This document shows, piece after piece, positions 46,904 to 56,130 of a stretch of 64,000 nucleotides of DNA. Position 1 is the first letter of the stretch, and every line of letters starts with the position of its first letter. The DNA is taken from contig CAXBMO010000001.1 of NCBI GenBank assembly GCA_963977015.1, forward strand, positions 160,001 through 224,000, in the 5' to 3' direction. Origin of the DNA: an uncultured bacterium. Lineage in GTDB: Bacteria > Verrucomicrobiota > Verrucomicrobiia > Verrucomicrobiales > DEV007. Under the pieces are notes generated by a model. The model ran no database searches. It was not told where the DNA came from and saw nothing but the letters and a program-made list of their open reading frames with translations. Position numbers and translations under genes: made by a program.

Positions 46904-49789
46904 ATGAATCGGCTTCTTTGGCAGCTTCTGGTTTTTGGGGCAATTTCCACGTTTGCCAGGGGTTCGGAGCACCAAGAGGCGTTGGAGATTCTGGAACAGG
47001 GTTGTGTTGCCTGCCACAACGCTCACGACAAGAAAGGTGGCGTCATTCTCGATCGCAGTCCCATCGTCGTTGATGATTTGGCGTTGATTCTGGATTCGGT
47101 CAGCGGTGAGGAACCGGAAATGCCAAAAGAGCGGGAGGGGCTCTCCACATCGCAGATTTCGGCTTTGGAGAAGTGGGTGGCGGCGGGGGCTCCGATTCCG
47201 AAAGGACGCGTGTTGCGTGATACCTATGTGGTCGATCGGGCGTGGTGGTCGCTCCAGCCGATTGCCAATCCGGAACTGCCGGAGACGAACGATTGGTGCA
47301 GGACGGAAGTCGACCGTTTCGTGTTCGCCAAACTGAGCGAGAAAGGCCTCCAGCCTTCGGAGGAAGCTGATGCGCGAACGTTGATTCGACGCCTGACTTA
47401 CGACCTCACCGGACTTCCTCCGGTTCCGGAGGAAGTGGATGCCTTTCTGGAGCAGTCGCGTCACGACCCGGACCAGGCTTACGTGGAGTTGGTGGAACGC
47501 TTGTTGGCGTCGCCACGCTACGGCGAGCAATGGGCACGGCATTGGTTGGACGTCGCCCGCTACGGTGAGTCGCATGGTTATGACAAGGACAAGGCGCGCT
47601 TCAAGGCCTGGCCTTACCGCGATTATGTGATTCGGAGTTTCAATGCCGACAAGCCGTGGTCGCGCTTTGTTCGCGAACAGATTGCCGGCGATGTGCTGTG
47701 GCCGGGGGAGCCTGACGGGATTGTTGCGCTCGGGTTTATCGCGGCTGGGCCGTGGGATTTTATCGCTCATTCGGAAGTTGGTGAGAAGAAGCTGGATGGC
47801 CGGATCGCGAAGCATCTGGATCGCGACGACATGGTCAGCGCCGTGTTCAACGCGTTCCTGAGCACCACGGTTCAGTGTGCGCAGTGCCACAATCACAAGT
47901 TCGACCCGGTTTCGATGGAGGATTATTACCGGCTCCATTCGGTCTTTGCGGCGGTGGATCGGCGGGACCGGGTTTACGATCAGGACCCGGTGATGACGCG
48001 TCGGCGAGAGGCGTTGGAGGTGGAGATTGGTCGGCTCAGCAGTGAAATCGCGGCGATTGACCAGGAGATCAAGGAGCGTGGCGGGATCGAGCTTGCGCAA
48101 CTGGAGACGAAGGTGCGCATGCTGGAGAAGAACGGAGCGGCGTTGCTGAAGACGGTGCCGGAGCACGGTTACCATAGCCAGATCTCGCAGAATCCCGAGG
48201 AGGAGAAGTGGATCGAGTTCGTGTTGCCGGCTGAGGTGGAGATCGCGCGGATCCAGTTGATCGGGGCGCACGATCCCTATGCGGGAATCGGCGCGGGGTT
48301 TGGGTTTCCGCTGCGGTTTAAGGTGGTGGCCGACAACGTTTTGGTCGCGAATCACAGCGAGAGCGATGTTCCCAATCCGGGGGTCGCCCCGCTCGAAATC
48401 GGAGTGAGCCGACGGGCGAAGGTGGTTCGGATTACGGCGACGAAGCTGGCCGAGCGCAAGGCGGACTTCATCTTCGCGCTTGGCGAAGTTCGCATCTTCA
48501 ACGCCGCGGGTCAGAACATCGCGGGCACGGCCGCTTTGAGTGCGAAGGACTCGATTGAGTCCGGAATCCGTTGGGGCAAAAAGAACCTGATCGATGGAAA
48601 GTTTGCCACGGGTGGAGATCCGGCCGCAATGGCGCGATTGGCGGCGTTGCAGGATCAGCTCCGGAACCTGCGCGCCAAACTGGAGACGCCGGAGCGCGCC
48701 GACCGCCGTCAGCAGCTGACCGTGAAGTTGGAGGCGCACCGGAAGGAGCTTTCCGGATTGCCAGAGGGCAAACAGGTGTTCGCCATCGCGACCCACTTCA
48801 AAAAGAAGGGCAACGTGATTCCGACCGAGGGAAAGCCGCGTCCCATTCATCTGCTGCATCGGGGTGATCTGCGTTCGCCCGGCGCGGAGATGGAGCCGGG
48901 AGCGCCCGCGCTCTGGAACGGCATCGAACCCGTGTTTGCGCTGCCGGAAAACCACACGGAGGGAGACCGGCGGGGCGCGCTCGCCAATTACCTGACGGAC
49001 AAGAAGAATCCGTTGTTGTGGCGCTCGATCGCCAATCGGGTTTGGCTCTATCATTTTGGTCGGGGCATTGTTGATTCGCCGAACGACTTTGGGCGAATGG
49101 GGATGACGCCGACGCATCCGGAGTTGCTGGATTGGCTGGCCTTTCGCCTGCGGGAGACCGGATCGATCAAGGATCTCCACCGCGTGATGGTGATGAGCGC
49201 GACCTACCGGCAAAGCTCGGCGCACGATTCGCGGAAAGCGGATCTCGACAACGGGAACACGTTTTATTGGCGCATGAACCGTCGAAAACTGCGGGCGGAG
49301 GAATTGCGGGATTCGGTGCTGACAGTGGCGGGGAAGCTGGATTTGAAGATGGGTGGGCCGAGTTTTCGGGATTTCCAATTCAAGGACGACCACACGCCGA
49401 AATTTTGGTATCACCTTCACGACCCCAACGATCCCGACTCGCATCGCCGCACGATTTATCGCTTCATCGCGCGAAGCCAGACGCAACCGTTTCTCACCAC
49501 GTTGGACTGTGCTGACCCTTCGCAAATGGTGGCCAAGCGTGATGAAACGACAACCGCTCTTCAGGCTCTCGTGTTGATGAACAATCCTTTCATGACGGCG
49601 ATGGCGCGAAATTTTGCCGAGCGGCTCGCAGGCGCGGAGAATCCGATCGAAGAAGCGGTTCGAGAGGCGTTAGGACGTGCGCCGGATGCGGAGGAGTCGG
49701 CAAGCCTGACAAGCTATCTTGAAAAGCATGGTTTGGAGGCAACCTGTCGCCTGATCTTTAATCTCAACGAGTTCGCGTATGTGGATTGA
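46904..49789 (+). CDS. Planctomycete cytochrome c / DUF1549 / DUF1553 protein
   Basis: CVACH and CAQCHNHKFDP; LIRRLTYDLTGLPP; HWLDVARY; PTHPELLDWLA; LNEFAYVD. Confidence 0.93.
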   Translation: MNRLLWQLLVFGAISTFARGSEHQEALEILEQGCVACHNAHDKKGGVILDRSPIVVDDLALILDSVSGEEPEMPKEREGLSTSQISALEKWVAAGAPIPKGRVLRDTYVVDRAWWSLQPIANPELPETNDWCRTEVDRFVFAKLSEKGLQPSEEADARTLIRRLTYDLTGLPPVPEEVDAFLEQSRHDPDQAYVELVERLLASPRYGEQWARHWLDVARYGESHGYDKDKARFKAWPYRDYVIRSFNADKPWSRFVREQIAGDVLWPGEPDGIVALGFIAAGPWDFIAHSEVGEKKLDGRIAKHLDRDDMVSAVFNAFLSTTVQCAQCHNHKFDPVSMEDYYRLHSVFAAVDRRDRVYDQDPVMTRRREALEVEIGRLSSEIAAIDQEIKERGGIELAQLETKVRMLEKNGAALLKTVPEHGYHSQISQNPEEEKWIEFVLPAEVEIARIQLIGAHDPYAGIGAGFGFPLRFKVVADNVLVANHSESDVPNPGVAPLEIGVSRRAKVVRITATKLAERKADFIFALGEVRIFNAAGQNIAGTAALSAKDSIESGIRWGKKNLIDGKFATGGDPAAMARLAALQDQLRNLRAKLETPERADRRQQLTVKLEAHRKELSGLPEGKQVFAIATHFKKKGNVIPTEGKPRPIHLLHRGDLRSPGAEMEPGAPALWNGIEPVFALPENHTEGDRRGALANYLTDKKNPLLWRSIANRVWLYHFGRGIVDSPNDFGRMGMTPTHPELLDWLAFRLRETGSIKDLHRVMVMSATYRQSSAHDSRKADLDNGNTFYWRMNRRKLRAEELRDSVLTVAGKLDLKMGGPSFRDFQFKDDHTPKFWYHLHDPNDPDSHRRTIYRFIARSQTQPFLTTLDCADPSQMVAKRDETTTALQALVLMNNPFMTAMARNFAERLAGAENPIEEAVREALGRAPDAEESASLTSYLEKHGLEATCRLIFNLNEFAYVD

Positions 49790-49798
49790 AGGAGGTTT

Positions 49799-49823
49799 AC
49801 AGGAGAGAACGGAGGAAACAGAG
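49799..49823 (+). repeat. 9-nt periodic repeat, left arm flanking the GxxExxY gene
   Basis: ACAGGAGAG-AACGGAGGA-AACAGAG; 18/25 identical to the reverse complement of 50347-50371. Confidence 0.6.
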
Positions 49824-49868
49824 GGGATTTTGGAATTCGTGATACCGTTCACGCTGGGGTAGAAATTT

Positions 49869-50297
49869 ATGCATCCACTTTTCCAGAAGGCAGATGGGTT
49901 GACCGGCGAAATCATTGCAGCGGCGATTGAGGTGCATCGCGCGTTGGGGCCCGGACTTTTGGAGAGCGTTTACGAGCGCTGCCTCATGCGGGAGCTGGAG
50001 TTGCGCGGGCTGAACGCCGTGCGGCAAAAGGCGGTGAAGATCGAATACAAGGGATCTGAGTTCGAGGAATCGCTTCAGTTTGATGTGCTTATTGAGGAAA
50101 GTGTCTTGGTGGAGGCAAAGGCGGTTCAGCAGGTTTTGCCCATTCATAAAGCGCAACTCTTGAGCTACATGAAATTACTCGACATCCCGGTTGGGCTCGT
50201 GATCAACTTTCACGAAATGAAGTTGGTCGATGGTGTTAGCCGCTTGATGCAGGCTGGAGCGAATCGGCGAAATTCAACCGAAGAAAGCGGAGGCTGA
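49869..50297 (+). CDS. GxxExxY protein (PD-(D/E)XK nuclease-like)
   Basis: VHRALGPGLLESVYERC, FDVLIEESVLVEAK, AQLLSYMK, GLVINF. Confidence 0.93.
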   Translation: MHPLFQKADGLTGEIIAAAIEVHRALGPGLLESVYERCLMRELELRGLNAVRQKAVKIEYKGSEFEESLQFDVLIEESVLVEAKAVQQVLPIHKAQLLSYMKLLDIPVGLVINFHEMKLVDGVSRLMQAGANRRNSTEESGG

Positions 50298-50346
50298 TGA
50301 TGAATGGGGTGTCCCGAATCGCGCGTTCCCAATTGGCAATTGCGGT

Positions 50347-50371
50347 CTCCGTTGACTTCGTTTCCTCTTGT
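50347..50371 (-). repeat. 9-nt periodic repeat, right (inverted) arm
   Basis: Minus strand ACAAGAGGA-AACGAAGTC-AACGGAG. Confidence 0.6.
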
Positions 50372-50388
50372 TTGAAAACCTTCCTGTT

Positions 50389-51825
50389 ATGAAACCCCGT
50401 CGCAACTTTCTTACCGGGCTGGCCGGCTCGTTTGGCGGGTTGGCGCTGACGGACTTGTTGGCCACAGATGGCGTTCTTAAGGCGAAGCATCATCCGGCGA
50501 AAGCGAAGCAAGTCATTCAACTGTTCATGGCGGGAGCCGCCAGTCACGTCGATCTGTTCGACCACAAACCGCAGTTGGAGAAGGAGCATGGCCAGCAATG
50601 GGATCCGGGGGAGGACGTGGAGTTGTTCCAGAGCTCTCCGGGCGCGAGCGCCAAATCGTATTGGGATTTCCATCCGTATGGCCAATGTGGAAAGCCGCTC
50701 AGTGAGGTGGTGAACCCGTTGGGAAGTGTGGTCGATGAAATGGCGTTCGTGCACAACCTGGTGGGGCAGACCGGCGTTCACAGCCAGGGGACGTTGCTGC
50801 AGACGACCGGGTTTGGGCGGCCGGGGTTTCCCAGCGCTGGTTCCTGGATCAGTTATGCGCTCGGCTCGGAGAATGAGAATTTGCCGAGCTTTGTCGTTTT
50901 GCCGGATCATCGCGGGTTTGCCTCCAACGGGGTGAAGAACTGGTCGTCCATGTTTCTTCCGGCGGAACATCAGGGAACCGTGATTCGGCCGGGAGACAAA
51001 ACGCCGATCAACGATCTGTTCCCACCGGAGAAGGACGAGTTCATCACTCCGGACGCGGATCGCGACGCTCAAAAACTGCTTCGCACCTTGAATCGGAAAC
51101 ACGCGGCGACTCGACCGGGAGACAGTCGGCTTCACGCGCGCATTCGCAGCTATGAACTCGCTGCGCAAATGCAACTGAGCGCGACGGAAGCTCTCGATGT
51201 TTCTCGCGAACCGCAGCACATCAAGGATCTCTACGGACTCGCTCCGGAAGGTCCCGGCATCGACGATTCGAAGATCAATCCCAAAGCCGAGGCCGAGTTT
51301 TTCGGGCGAAAGTGTCTCATTGCGCGGCGGTTGATTGAGCGGGGCGTGCGTTTTGTCCAGATTTTCAGCGGCAACGAAAACGGCTTCCCGCGCCGCAACT
51401 GGGATTCCCACGAAGATGTGAAACGGGACCACGGTCCGCTTGCGCATGGAATGGCCGTTGGTGCGGCGGGGTTGATCCGGGATCTCAAACAGCGCGGCAT
51501 GTTGGACGACACGCTCATCCTCTGGACCACCGAGTTTGGACGGATGCCTTGTGCCCAGCGTGGAACCGGGCGCGATCACAACCCGTTCGTTTTCACGAAC
51601 TGGCTTTGCGGGGGCGGGATCAAGGGAGGCACCACCGTGGGCGAAAGTGATGAATGGGGTTTCAAACCACTCGATCGCGAAAACCCGACTCAGGTCTACG
51701 ACATTCACGCCACCATGCTCCACCTCCTTGGCATTGATCACCAGCGCCTCACCGTTCGGCATGATTCGATCGATCGTCGCCTGACCGATGTGCATGGTCA
51801 CGTGATCAGGGGACTTCTATCATGA
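50389..51825 (+). CDS. DUF1501 protein with Tat signal
   Basis: PRRNFL; VIQLFMAGAASHVDLFDHKP; ARRLIERGVRFVQ; WTTEFGRMP; RDHNP. Confidence 0.93.
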   Translation: MKPRRNFLTGLAGSFGGLALTDLLATDGVLKAKHHPAKAKQVIQLFMAGAASHVDLFDHKPQLEKEHGQQWDPGEDVELFQSSPGASAKSYWDFHPYGQCGKPLSEVVNPLGSVVDEMAFVHNLVGQTGVHSQGTLLQTTGFGRPGFPSAGSWISYALGSENENLPSFVVLPDHRGFASNGVKNWSSMFLPAEHQGTVIRPGDKTPINDLFPPEKDEFITPDADRDAQKLLRTLNRKHAATRPGDSRLHARIRSYELAAQMQLSATEALDVSREPQHIKDLYGLAPEGPGIDDSKINPKAEAEFFGRKCLIARRLIERGVRFVQIFSGNENGFPRRNWDSHEDVKRDHGPLAHGMAVGAAGLIRDLKQRGMLDDTLILWTTEFGRMPCAQRGTGRDHNPFVFTNWLCGGGIKGGTTVGESDEWGFKPLDRENPTQVYDIHATMLHLLGIDHQRLTVRHDSIDRRLTDVHGHVIRGLLS

Positions 51826-52289
51826 GCGAATCATCCAAGCCGAAAATCCGTTATGCGCACGTCAACATCATTGCCGAGGATTGGCGTGAGTTGATGCGGT
51901 TTTATGTCGAGGTTTTCGACTGTGAGCCGGTTGGCTCTGAGCGGGACCATCACGGCCAGCACACCGATGATCTCACGGGTATGAAGGATGTCCGCGTCGT
52001 GGGCCAGCATTTGCGGGTTCCCGGTCACGGCCCAAACGGCCCCACCATCGAGATTTTCGGCTACAACAAGCAGCTTCCCCAGCAAAAGCCCGCGATCAAT
52101 CGCCCGGGGTTCGCGCACATTGCCTTTGAGGTTGAGGATTTCGAAGGCGTGCGTCGGCAAGTTCTGGATTGGGGAGGAGAAGACTACGGCAAGGAGATCA
52201 CCATCGAGATTCCAGGAGCCGGGAAACTGACGCTCATTTACCTGACGGATCCGGAGGGGAACATCATTGAGCTGCAACGCTGGCACTAG
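51822..52289 (+). CDS. VOC/glyoxalase family protein
   Basis: HVNI, FYVEVF, GFAHIAFEVED, DPEGNIIEL. Confidence 0.9.
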   Translation: MSESSKPKIRYAHVNIIAEDWRELMRFYVEVFDCEPVGSERDHHGQHTDDLTGMKDVRVVGQHLRVPGHGPNGPTIEIFGYNKQLPQQKPAINRPGFAHIAFEVEDFEGVRRQVLDWGGEDYGKEITIEIPGAGKLTLIYLTDPEGNIIELQRWH

Positions 52290-52371
52290 CCAAAAACGGC
52301 GTTGATTGCGCCGTTGGTTTCGATTTGGAAAGTTTGGAAGATTTTTGGGCAGAATGATGTGAAGTAAGTGT

Positions 52372-55300
52372 ATGCGAAAAATTCCCTTCAGCTTCGTTTT
52401 CGCCGTGATTGGTGCGCTGGTAACGCTCATCCACGCGTCGCCGATTCAGGATGTCGTCGAGCAGGCCGAGCCGGTCGCTCGCTGGACCTTTGATCATTCC
52501 GGCTCCTTCAATCCACCGGGACAGGGGGCGGAATTGGGAGAAGGACCGCGTTCGCCCGAGTTTCCGGACTTCGACGATCGCAATATGGCACTTCGATTTG
52601 AGAGTCCGGGGCGGATCGAGGTTTCCGATTCTCCCGAGCTTCGGTTCGACAATGGGGACGAGATCACGATTGAGGCGTGGGTGAACCCAGCCACGTCTTT
52701 CTCGAGTCAGGGCTACATTATCGGGAAGGGGCGAACCTCTAATTCCGGCTTTGCAACGACGAACCAGAATTGGGGATTCCGGCTTCGACAAACCGGTGCG
52801 GGAGCCTGCGTGAATTTCCTCTTTCGCAGCCGGAAGAATGGCGATCACCCCGGAGATTGGCATCGCTGGACATCGACGCGAGGATTCGCTGTCGGCAGCG
52901 GATGGCATCACGTGGCGATGAGTTACAAGTTCGGGGACCCCAATAGCATCAAAGGCTTTATCGATGGCAACGAGGTGAAAGGAATATGGGATATGGGTGG
53001 AGCGACGACTCAACCGCCGGTCGTGGACGCCGATCAGGTTTGGATCGGCTCGGCGATGAATGGCGACAAGGGCAATTCCTTTCGCGGTTCAATCGACGAA
53101 CTCGCGCTGTATCGCCGAATTCTCCCGGCCAAGGAGTTGACCGCACGTTGGAAGCACAAGCCTCAACCGTTGGAAATGCCGGAATTGGTCGATGGGAAGG
53201 TTGCGGTTCAGTTGTTCGGCCCCTTGGCAAGCATTGACAAGATTCCAAGCGGCGGAGTGAAGTTGCTCACTGAATGGACTCAGGAGGCCTTTGGATTTAC
53301 CCGTTTGCCGCATCGCTATGATGATTGGGGCGTCCGCGAGGATTGGGGAAAGACGTGTTTGGTTCGCGCGTGGAGCGAAATTGAGCTGCCGGCGGGCACC
53401 CACGAAATCCTGGTGAGATCGCGTGGAATGTCTCGGCTCTGGATTGACGACAAAGTCTTGGCAACGACACGCAAGCAACCGAATCGCGGAGGCGCGCATC
53501 ATGTCGTTGATCCGTTGCCCGAAGTGCCGCGCCCGGGAATGCGACCTGCGGCGATGAATGACGACGAAAAGTTGATCTCGTTCACGTCCACGGGCGGCAA
53601 GCATCGCGTCTTGTGGGAAATCATCATTGGTGGCCCCAAATACCGGCTGGAATTTGGAGAAACCTGTCTTTCCGTGGCGCAGCCGGGCGAAATGTTCCGG
53701 ATTTTGGGAGCGAATCCAACGTTTGAGGTAACGGACGCGGGTTGGTTGGCTTATCGGGCGACTCAGGAACAAATGCTGGACCGGATGGATTCAGCGACCC
53801 GGTTGAAGAAGGGGGCCAGCCAGGACGCCTATTGGGCGAAACGTCACCAGTGGGCGAAGGAACAACTGGATTGGGGGACTCGAGGCGAGACGATTGACGA
53901 CCAATTGAATCAGCGGATCGCGGCCACAAATCAGAAGGCGGGCGAGGGCGATGACCCGACCGGCTTTCATGCCAACATCGAGCCCCTGTTGTCCGAGCAT
54001 TGCTATCGCTGTCACGGTGAGAAGGAGAAGGGCGGATTGAATCTGCAGAATCGGGAGATGGCGTTGAAAGGTGGGGATTCCGAGCTGCCCGCAATCGTTC
54101 CCGGCAAGCCCATGGAAAGCTTCCTGCTGGAAGTGGTCGGACCGGATGCGGGAGATGATAAGATGCCGCCGAAAGGGGAGGGGTTGAGTTCCGGGCAAGT
54201 GGCGATGCTGAAGACGTGGATCGAGCAGGGGGCGCCGATGCCTGAAAAGCAGCGAATGGTGGAAGTTACCCCGATCGTTGATGATGCGACCTTCCTGCGT
54301 CGCGTCTATCTCGATACCGTTGGGGTGGCTCCGACCCTGGCCGAGGCAAAGGCGTTTCTCGCGGATCAAGATTCGACCAAGCGAACCCGGGTCGTTCGGG
54401 AATTGCTCGACGATCCGCGTTGGGCGGATAACTGGGTTGGTTACTGGCAGGATGCGTTGGCGGAAAATCCCAACCTGTTGAAGCCGAACCTCAACAACAC
54501 CGGACCATTCCGGTTCTGGATTTACGAGGCCGTGCTCGACAACAAGCCCATGGATCGCTTTGCGACCGAATTGATGATGATGCGCGGCAGCACCTGGGGA
54601 GGTGGCGCCGCTGGATTCTCGATTGCCTCGCAAAATGACGTGCCGATGGCGGCGAAGGCGCATGTGGTTGGTTCCGCATTCCTTGGCGTGGAGATGAAGT
54701 GTGCGCGTTGTCACGATGCCCCGTATCACGAATGGACCCAGGGCGACCTGTTCCAAATGGCGGCGATGCTGGATCGTAAAACACTGGCGATTCCAAAAAC
54801 GAGCACGGTTCCTGCCGCATTTTTCGAGGCGAACAAGGATCGAAAGGCGTTGATCGAAGTCACCCTGAAAGAAGGCGCCAGAGTTCCGCCCGAGTTTCCC
54901 TTCAGCAGTGAAGAGTGGAATTATCCCTCAAGCTATCCTCCCGAATTTCTGCGCAAGCCTGACGATACCCGCGAGCAGCTCGCGGCGGATGTCACGACGT
55001 CTTTTCGCTTCGCTCGAGTCATTGCGAATCGGGTTTGGGCGCGCTACATGGGGGCTGGCATTGTTGATCCCGTTGATGATTGGGAAGGCAATGCCCCGAG
55101 TGATCCGGAGTTGCTCGCCCTTCTCCAGAATCAGTTCATCAATGACGGCTATGATCTGAAGAAGCTGGCCTTCCGAATTTTGACGAGCGAAGCCTATCAG
55201 CGGGAAGCGATCGAGAAGCCCGTCAATTCCCCCTCGGAGGAGCGTTTCTTTCAGGCTCCCTATCGCCGCCGCATGAGTGCTGAGCAGATTGTGGACACCG

Positions 55301-55989
55301 CGTTTCATGCGGCAGGTCAGGAGATGCGGACCGAAGAGCTGACCATGGATATTGAGGGGACGCTCGACGCCTCCCGGTTCCTGAATTTCGGCTATCCGCA
55401 GCGCGCCTGGGAATTCACCACACTCGCCAACGAGCGGGATCGGCCCAGTTTGGCGATTCCGCGGGCGCAAGCTGTCGCGAACGTGCTCAAGGCATTTGGT
55501 TGGCGCAATTCGCGTCCCGAGCCTTCCACTCATCGCGAAGAAGAGCCCAATTTGATCCAACCAGGTGTTTTGGCCAATGGTGTTCTTGGCACCTGGCTGA
55601 CCCGGTTGAGCGACGATAGCGAATTGACGGTGCTTGCGAGAAATGCCGAGACCGTCGATTCGCTCGTGGACGACCTCTTTCTCCAAATTCTGACGCGCTA
55701 CCCCTCAGATGCTGAGCGAGCTCAATTCGTCGAAATGCTGGCTCCCGGATTCGAAAATCGCAACTTTTCTCAATCCGAGATCGCGCCTGCTCCCAAACCC
55801 CGCCGATTTCGCCATGTCTCTTGGTCCAATCATCTGAACTCGGAGGCGAATAAGATTAAGGTTGAGATGGAAGCCTTTGCGCGTGAGGGAGATCCGCCTA
55901 CCCGGTATTTGCGACCGGTTTGGCGGGAGCAGATGGAAGACGCGATTTGGGCGTTGTTGAATTCGCCGGAAATGGTGATGATTCCGTGA
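52372..55989 (+). CDS. LamG + planctomycete cytochrome c + DUF1549 + DUF1553 protein
   Basis: WHHVAM...FRGSIDELALY (LamG); CYRCHG; FLRRVYLD; CARCHD; WALLNSPE. Confidence 0.9.
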   Translation: MRKIPFSFVFAVIGALVTLIHASPIQDVVEQAEPVARWTFDHSGSFNPPGQGAELGEGPRSPEFPDFDDRNMALRFESPGRIEVSDSPELRFDNGDEITIEAWVNPATSFSSQGYIIGKGRTSNSGFATTNQNWGFRLRQTGAGACVNFLFRSRKNGDHPGDWHRWTSTRGFAVGSGWHHVAMSYKFGDPNSIKGFIDGNEVKGIWDMGGATTQPPVVDADQVWIGSAMNGDKGNSFRGSIDELALYRRILPAKELTARWKHKPQPLEMPELVDGKVAVQLFGPLASIDKIPSGGVKLLTEWTQEAFGFTRLPHRYDDWGVREDWGKTCLVRAWSEIELPAGTHEILVRSRGMSRLWIDDKVLATTRKQPNRGGAHHVVDPLPEVPRPGMRPAAMNDDEKLISFTSTGGKHRVLWEIIIGGPKYRLEFGETCLSVAQPGEMFRILGANPTFEVTDAGWLAYRATQEQMLDRMDSATRLKKGASQDAYWAKRHQWAKEQLDWGTRGETIDDQLNQRIAATNQKAGEGDDPTGFHANIEPLLSEHCYRCHGEKEKGGLNLQNREMALKGGDSELPAIVPGKPMESFLLEVVGPDAGDDKMPPKGEGLSSGQVAMLKTWIEQGAPMPEKQRMVEVTPIVDDATFLRRVYLDTVGVAPTLAEAKAFLADQDSTKRTRVVRELLDDPRWADNWVGYWQDALAENPNLLKPNLNNTGPFRFWIYEAVLDNKPMDRFATELMMMRGSTWGGGAAGFSIASQNDVPMAAKAHVVGSAFLGVEMKCARCHDAPYHEWTQGDLFQMAAMLDRKTLAIPKTSTVPAAFFEANKDRKALIEVTLKEGARVPPEFPFSSEEWNYPSSYPPEFLRKPDDTREQLAADVTTSFRFARVIANRVWARYMGAGIVDPVDDWEGNAPSDPELLALLQNQFINDGYDLKKLAFRILTSEAYQREAIEKPVNSPSEERFFQAPYRRRMSAEQIVDTAFHAAGQEMRTEELTMDIEGTLDASRFLNFGYPQRAWEFTTLANERDRPSLAIPRAQAVANVLKAFGWRNSRPEPSTHREEEPNLIQPGVLANGVLGTWLTRLSDDSELTVLARNAETVDSLVDDLFLQILTRYPSDAERAQFVEMLAPGFENRNFSQSEIAPAPKPRRFRHVSWSNHLNSEANKIKVEMEAFAREGDPPTRYLRPVWREQMEDAIWALLNSPEMVMIP

Positions 55990-56130
55990 GGTATTGTCCC
56001 GTTAGGCTTCGATAAATGAGCATCAAGCTGTTGCATTTTTCGAATACTCCAGCAATTATGGAGAATTGATTCGATTTCGGAATTCATCAAAAATCGGACA
56101 ATCAGCCCAAATATCACTGCCTACCCATCT

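Noticed and set aside
46631-49525. 964-aa minus-strand ORF
   Set aside because: Antisense shadow of the well-supported PSCyt/DUF1553 gene; no motifs, and explained by GC-rich codon bias.
55990-56130. attI/attC sites or a cassette array beside the integrase
   Set aside because: No GTTRRRY on the expected (minus) strand and no paired RYYYAAC...GTTRRRY hairpins; the neighbours are long ordinary genes.
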